Assembly: GCF_009914755.1 (NCBI RefSeq)
Contig: NC_060926.1
Strand: one strand, 5' to 3'
DNA length: 64,000 bases
DNA from: the human T2T-CHM13v2.0 reference genome, Homo sapiens
The notes under the pieces were generated by a model. It had not been told where the DNA came from, searched no databases, and saw nothing but the letters and a program-made list of their open reading frames with translations. The translations under genes were made by a program, and so were the position numbers. The stretch's first letter is position 1, and each line of letters starts with the position of its first letter. Below, piece after piece: positions 59,451 to 64,000 of this stretch.

Positions 59451-61176
59451 TTCAAGGTGGCAGAAATCACAGTGATAAACACAGTAAGCAATTGATCAGC
59501 ACAATTGTTCAACTGAATATTTAACTAATAAGGATGTCATATGCTGCTCATTTCCTGCAAGGTACTTACACCTGTCAGTCTCCTTAAACTGTGTATATGA
59601 GGCACCTTAATAAAGGCTTCACATCAAGTTAAATGCGTAGAATGGTTCCATACTGTATTTCTGCTAACCATGTAACATACACACTGTTGTGAGATTGTAA
59701 GAGAAACAAAGACCCACTAAGGTTGAAAATAGAGGGGTAATAACAACCTTCACAGTTCATATGCTGTCCTCTTGGCCTTGAGAAATGTTCCAAAATGACG
59801 CATGCGGTCTTGCCTTAAGATGTGTTCACCTAAGTTTTTCTGTCACAGTGATTATGGCTAAATCAAAAATCTTTATTTTGGCTTCAGAACTTTTCCTGAT
59901 CTTGGCTTAGAATTTGAGGTTGTGATGTTCAGATGAATTATATTCAAACTCCTCCATATCACAGATTAACTAAATGATTAATAGAACTTTGATGTTGCTA
60001 GAGTCTTTAAAAGAAAAGGAATGCTGAGATGTATGGAGAGGCAATATTCTCTTGAAAAGTCGCACATGCAGGGGAGAAACCTGGAAAAGCAGAATAAATG
60101 TTTTCTTTCAATAAATTTGACAAATGTTCTGTAGTTTTCTATTGTTTCTCCTTAAATGAAATGGGAAATGTGTGACTGGAATGTACACAGTGATTGAACC
60201 ACTTAAAACATCTGAATGACGTAAGTCTACAAAGACTCAGAGAAGTTGCTGATCTTCTTTCACTCCAAAATATCAGCAGATGTAGCTCTCTTACTTTGGC
60301 ATAGTGCCACATTTTAAATGAAAAATGTCACTAACATTTTCTTGTACATTGAATACTTTATTTTTAAAAAAAGAAATATAACATATTGGGATTAACTTCA
60401 AAAGTGATTTTTTTTTTTTCCAGGACAATGTTCCATCCTGCTGGGCTTTTCCCCTAACTACATTATAACCATTATACGTGAAATAACTGTAACCCAGACA
60501 CGAGTGGATGCGTGAAAAAAAAAATTCATTGGCACGGGAATTCAGTTCTTTCTCTTATTTTTCCTTGACCTTGAGTAAATCACCTTGGTTTGCTAGCTTA
60601 TTAAAACAAACCAACAAATAAGAAACAACAAAAAACCCAACAGTGATTTTCATTATAGATCTTCTTAGGAATGTCAAGATGTTTATTACAATGAAGAGGA
60701 AGTATTTCCATGATCACAAGTTGCACTGGCATGGACAATATCCGATTTGCAACTTTTGTAAAAAAAGAATTTGTTAGGTACTATTTTCTTTTAAGTTTTT
60801 AAAAAGAAATATGTTGAGGACAAAATACCTCTCTGAATTATCCTTGAGTTTCCATAGGGCCTGCCAAACTATTGTTCACATACTGAGTTTCCAACAAATA
60901 TGCTTTGAATCATGCTAGTGAAAGCCATTACTTTCATTGACTGTGAATAGAGTACAGAGACTCTAAAAGGTCTTTAGAAATAAAATTGCAAGACATATGG
61001 ATTTCAGATTACCATTCAGATACCTACTATCATAAATAATGCGTCTCTCATACTTTTCCACATCAGATTGAAGAACCAAGCATATAGTTTCCGGAACAAT
61101 ATTTGTCACCTTTTAAAAAATTTTAATAGGTATGTAAATGAATATTAAATATACATATATATATTTTTTGTTTTAG

Positions 61177-61484
<308 letters not shown>

Positions 61485-63129
61485 TAGAAAAGTTTAGATT
61501 TAAATGGTAGGGTAGAGATCCCCATACACCCCATACTCAGCTTCTCTTATTGTTAACACTTTATATTAGTTTGGTACATTTTGTTACAATTAAGGAACCA
61601 ATATTGATAAATCATTGCTAACTAAAATTTACATATGATTTAGCTTCCTTAGTTTTCGCTGATGTCCATTTTCTGTTCCAGGTCTCCATCCAGGACATCA
61701 TTACATTTAATTGTGCATTTCCTTAGGCTCCTCTTGACTGTGGTCATTTCTCAGACTTTCTGTTTTTAATGACCTTGAGAGTTTTGAGAAATCCTGGTCA
61801 GGCATTTTTCTAGAAAGTCTTTTAATTATAATTTCATTATGGGTTGTTAGGAGGAAGGCTGCAGAGGTAAAGCATGCTTCTCATCACATTTTTCAAGAGT
61901 ATATATTATCAGTATGACATATCACTGTTGATGTTAACCTTCATCAGTCACTGAGATAGAGTTTAATCTGCTTTCTCCCCTGTAAAGTTACTGTTTTTCC
62001 CCTTTTCCATATCCTACTCTTTGAAGGAAATCATTATGTGCGACTCACTTAAAAAGGGGGGACTTAAGCCCCACCTCCTTGAAGACACAGTATCTACATG
62101 TGTAAATAAATTAATCGAAATACTTCTTCACAGGCAATCTATTCAAACATTTACATATATCAGTTCAGATTCATAGGTACCTATTTTATACTTTGGGCTA
62201 CAATCCAATACTTCTTTATTTATTTACTTGCTAAAATTGTTTTGTGCCAATTTCTTGGGATAATACAGATAATAATTTTGACCTGTGAAAAAAACAGAAT
62301 TTAATTTTTCCCTTCCTATCCTGTATATTTTTTTCCTGTCTTTTGCACTAGCTAGAAATTCTAGTATGATGCTATATAGGAATGGGATTAGAAGACATCC
62401 TTGCTTTGTTTTTGCATTTAGATAGAAAGCATCTAGCCTCTCACTATTAAGTACGTTCTTAGCTATAGGTTTTATTAAGATGCTTTTCACCAAGTTGAGA
62501 AAGTTCCCTTATATGCTTTGTTTGCTAATAATTTTTTCATGAATGGTGTTGGATTTGTCTTATAAAGCTTTTTCTGTATCTATTGATATGATCACTTGAT
62601 TTTTCTTTATTAGGTCACTGATGTGATGAAATACTTGAATGGATTTTTGAATATTGAACTAGCCTTGCATATCTGAAATAAATCCCACTGGGTTGTGCTA
62701 TGTAATTTTTTGATGCATTACTAGGTTTCATATTGCTAAGATTATTACATCTATGCTTTTGAGAAATATTGGCTGGTAATTTTCCTTTACTGTATGTCTT
62801 TATCGTTTTTCATATTAGGGTATTGTTGGCTTTATATAATGAATTAGAAAGTATTCCCCAAGTTTCCACTTTCTGGAAGATATGATGAAGAATTGGTGTC
62901 ATTTTTATTTCTTAAATATTACATAGAATTTGTCAGTGAAATAATTCACCTTGTCATTTTTGTTTTGAAGGTTATTCGTTATTGATTTGATTAGTAGGTG
63001 TCAGCCTATTTAGCCTAGTTGTTTCTCCTTGTGTGAGTTTTGGTGATTTGTGTCTTTCAAGAAATTGGTCAACTTAATCTAAATTATATTTGTGGACCTA
63101 AGCTTGTTAATAATGTTTCTTTATTATAT

Positions 63130-63328
63130 ATTTTTAAATTTTATATTTATTTTTTATTTTTTAATTTAATTTAATTTAATTTAAAGTTCTGGGATACATG
63201 TGCAGGATATACAGGTTTGTTACATAGGTAAACATGTACCATGGTGGTTTGCTGCACCTATCAACCCATCACCGAGGTATTAAGCCCCACGTGCATTTGC
63301 TATTTATCTTGATGCACTCCTTCCCATA
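63130..63328 (-). mobile_element. Short L1PA8-like 3' end
   Basis: L1PA 3' UTR; exact 14-bp TSD tttctttattatat at 63116-63129 and 63329-63342. Confidence 0.9.
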
Positions 63329-63775
63329 TTTCTTTATTATATTTTTATGTTCATGGGACCCATAATGCCCACCTTTCTTTCATTTCTGATATTGCCCATT
63401 TTTTCAACTCTTTTTTTATGGTTAGCCTGGCAAGAGGTTTGTCAATATTATTTTATTTTATTTATCTCATTCATCTTTTCAAACAATCAGTTTTTCGGTG
63501 TTGACTTTTTTCTCTATTGTTTTCCTTCGCTCAATTTCATCTCTAATTTTTCTTATTTATTTTATTTTATTTTATTTTATGATAAAATAAAGCATGACTC
63601 TTCCTTTTCTAGTTTCCTAAGGTGGGAGTTTAAGATGAATATTAAATCTTCTTTCATTTCTAAAATATGCATTTAATCCTTTAAACTTCCCTGTAAGCAC
63701 TACTTTTTTTTCATCCCACAGATTTTGATAAAAGTATTTTCATTTTAATTTTGTTAAAATTATTTTTAGATTTCT

Positions 63776-64000
63776 GGCTAGGCACAGTGGCTCACACCTG
63801 TAATCACAGCACTTTGGGAGGCCAAAGCAGGAGGATCACTTGAGGTCAGGAGTTTGAGACCAGCCTGGCCAACATGGTGAAACACTGACTCAACTAAAAA
63901 AATACCAAAAAAAAAAAATTAGCCTGGCGTGGTGGCACTTGCCTGTAATCCCAGTTACTCGGGAGGCTGAGGCAGGAGAATTGCTTCAACCTGGCAGGCG
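63776..64000 (+). mobile_element. AluS, cut by the window edge
   Basis: Left arm, A-rich linker and partial right arm. Confidence 0.95.

Overview
AT-rich, CpG-depleted primate genomic DNA, most likely human (AluY/AluS, L1PA7/8/15, L1MC, L2, MIR, MLT1, Tigger1 are present). It looks like a very long intron or a gene desert. I found no protein-coding gene, tRNA, rRNA or CRISPR array I can support. The recognisable ORFs in the track are Alu read-through, decayed L1 ORF2 or decayed Tigger1 transposase, and the rest look like chance. Roughly 1-16.6 kb and 32.9-64 kb are dominated by interspersed repeats. Between them lies a ~16 kb stretch with no Alu or L1 that carries enhancer-like motif clusters and a collinear set of minus-strand splice signals, including microexon and recursive-splice-like sites. 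That stretch is the best candidate for undescribed biology, but it is inference from motifs only and the host locus is not identified. The directly visible oddities are a trimeric Alu, a 3x28-bp palindromic tandem repeat, a twin-primed L1PA7, an end-to-end ancient L1MC with an intact TSD, and a 115-bp locally templated insertion. Subfamily names come from recalled consensus sequences, and boundaries of old repeats are approximate.
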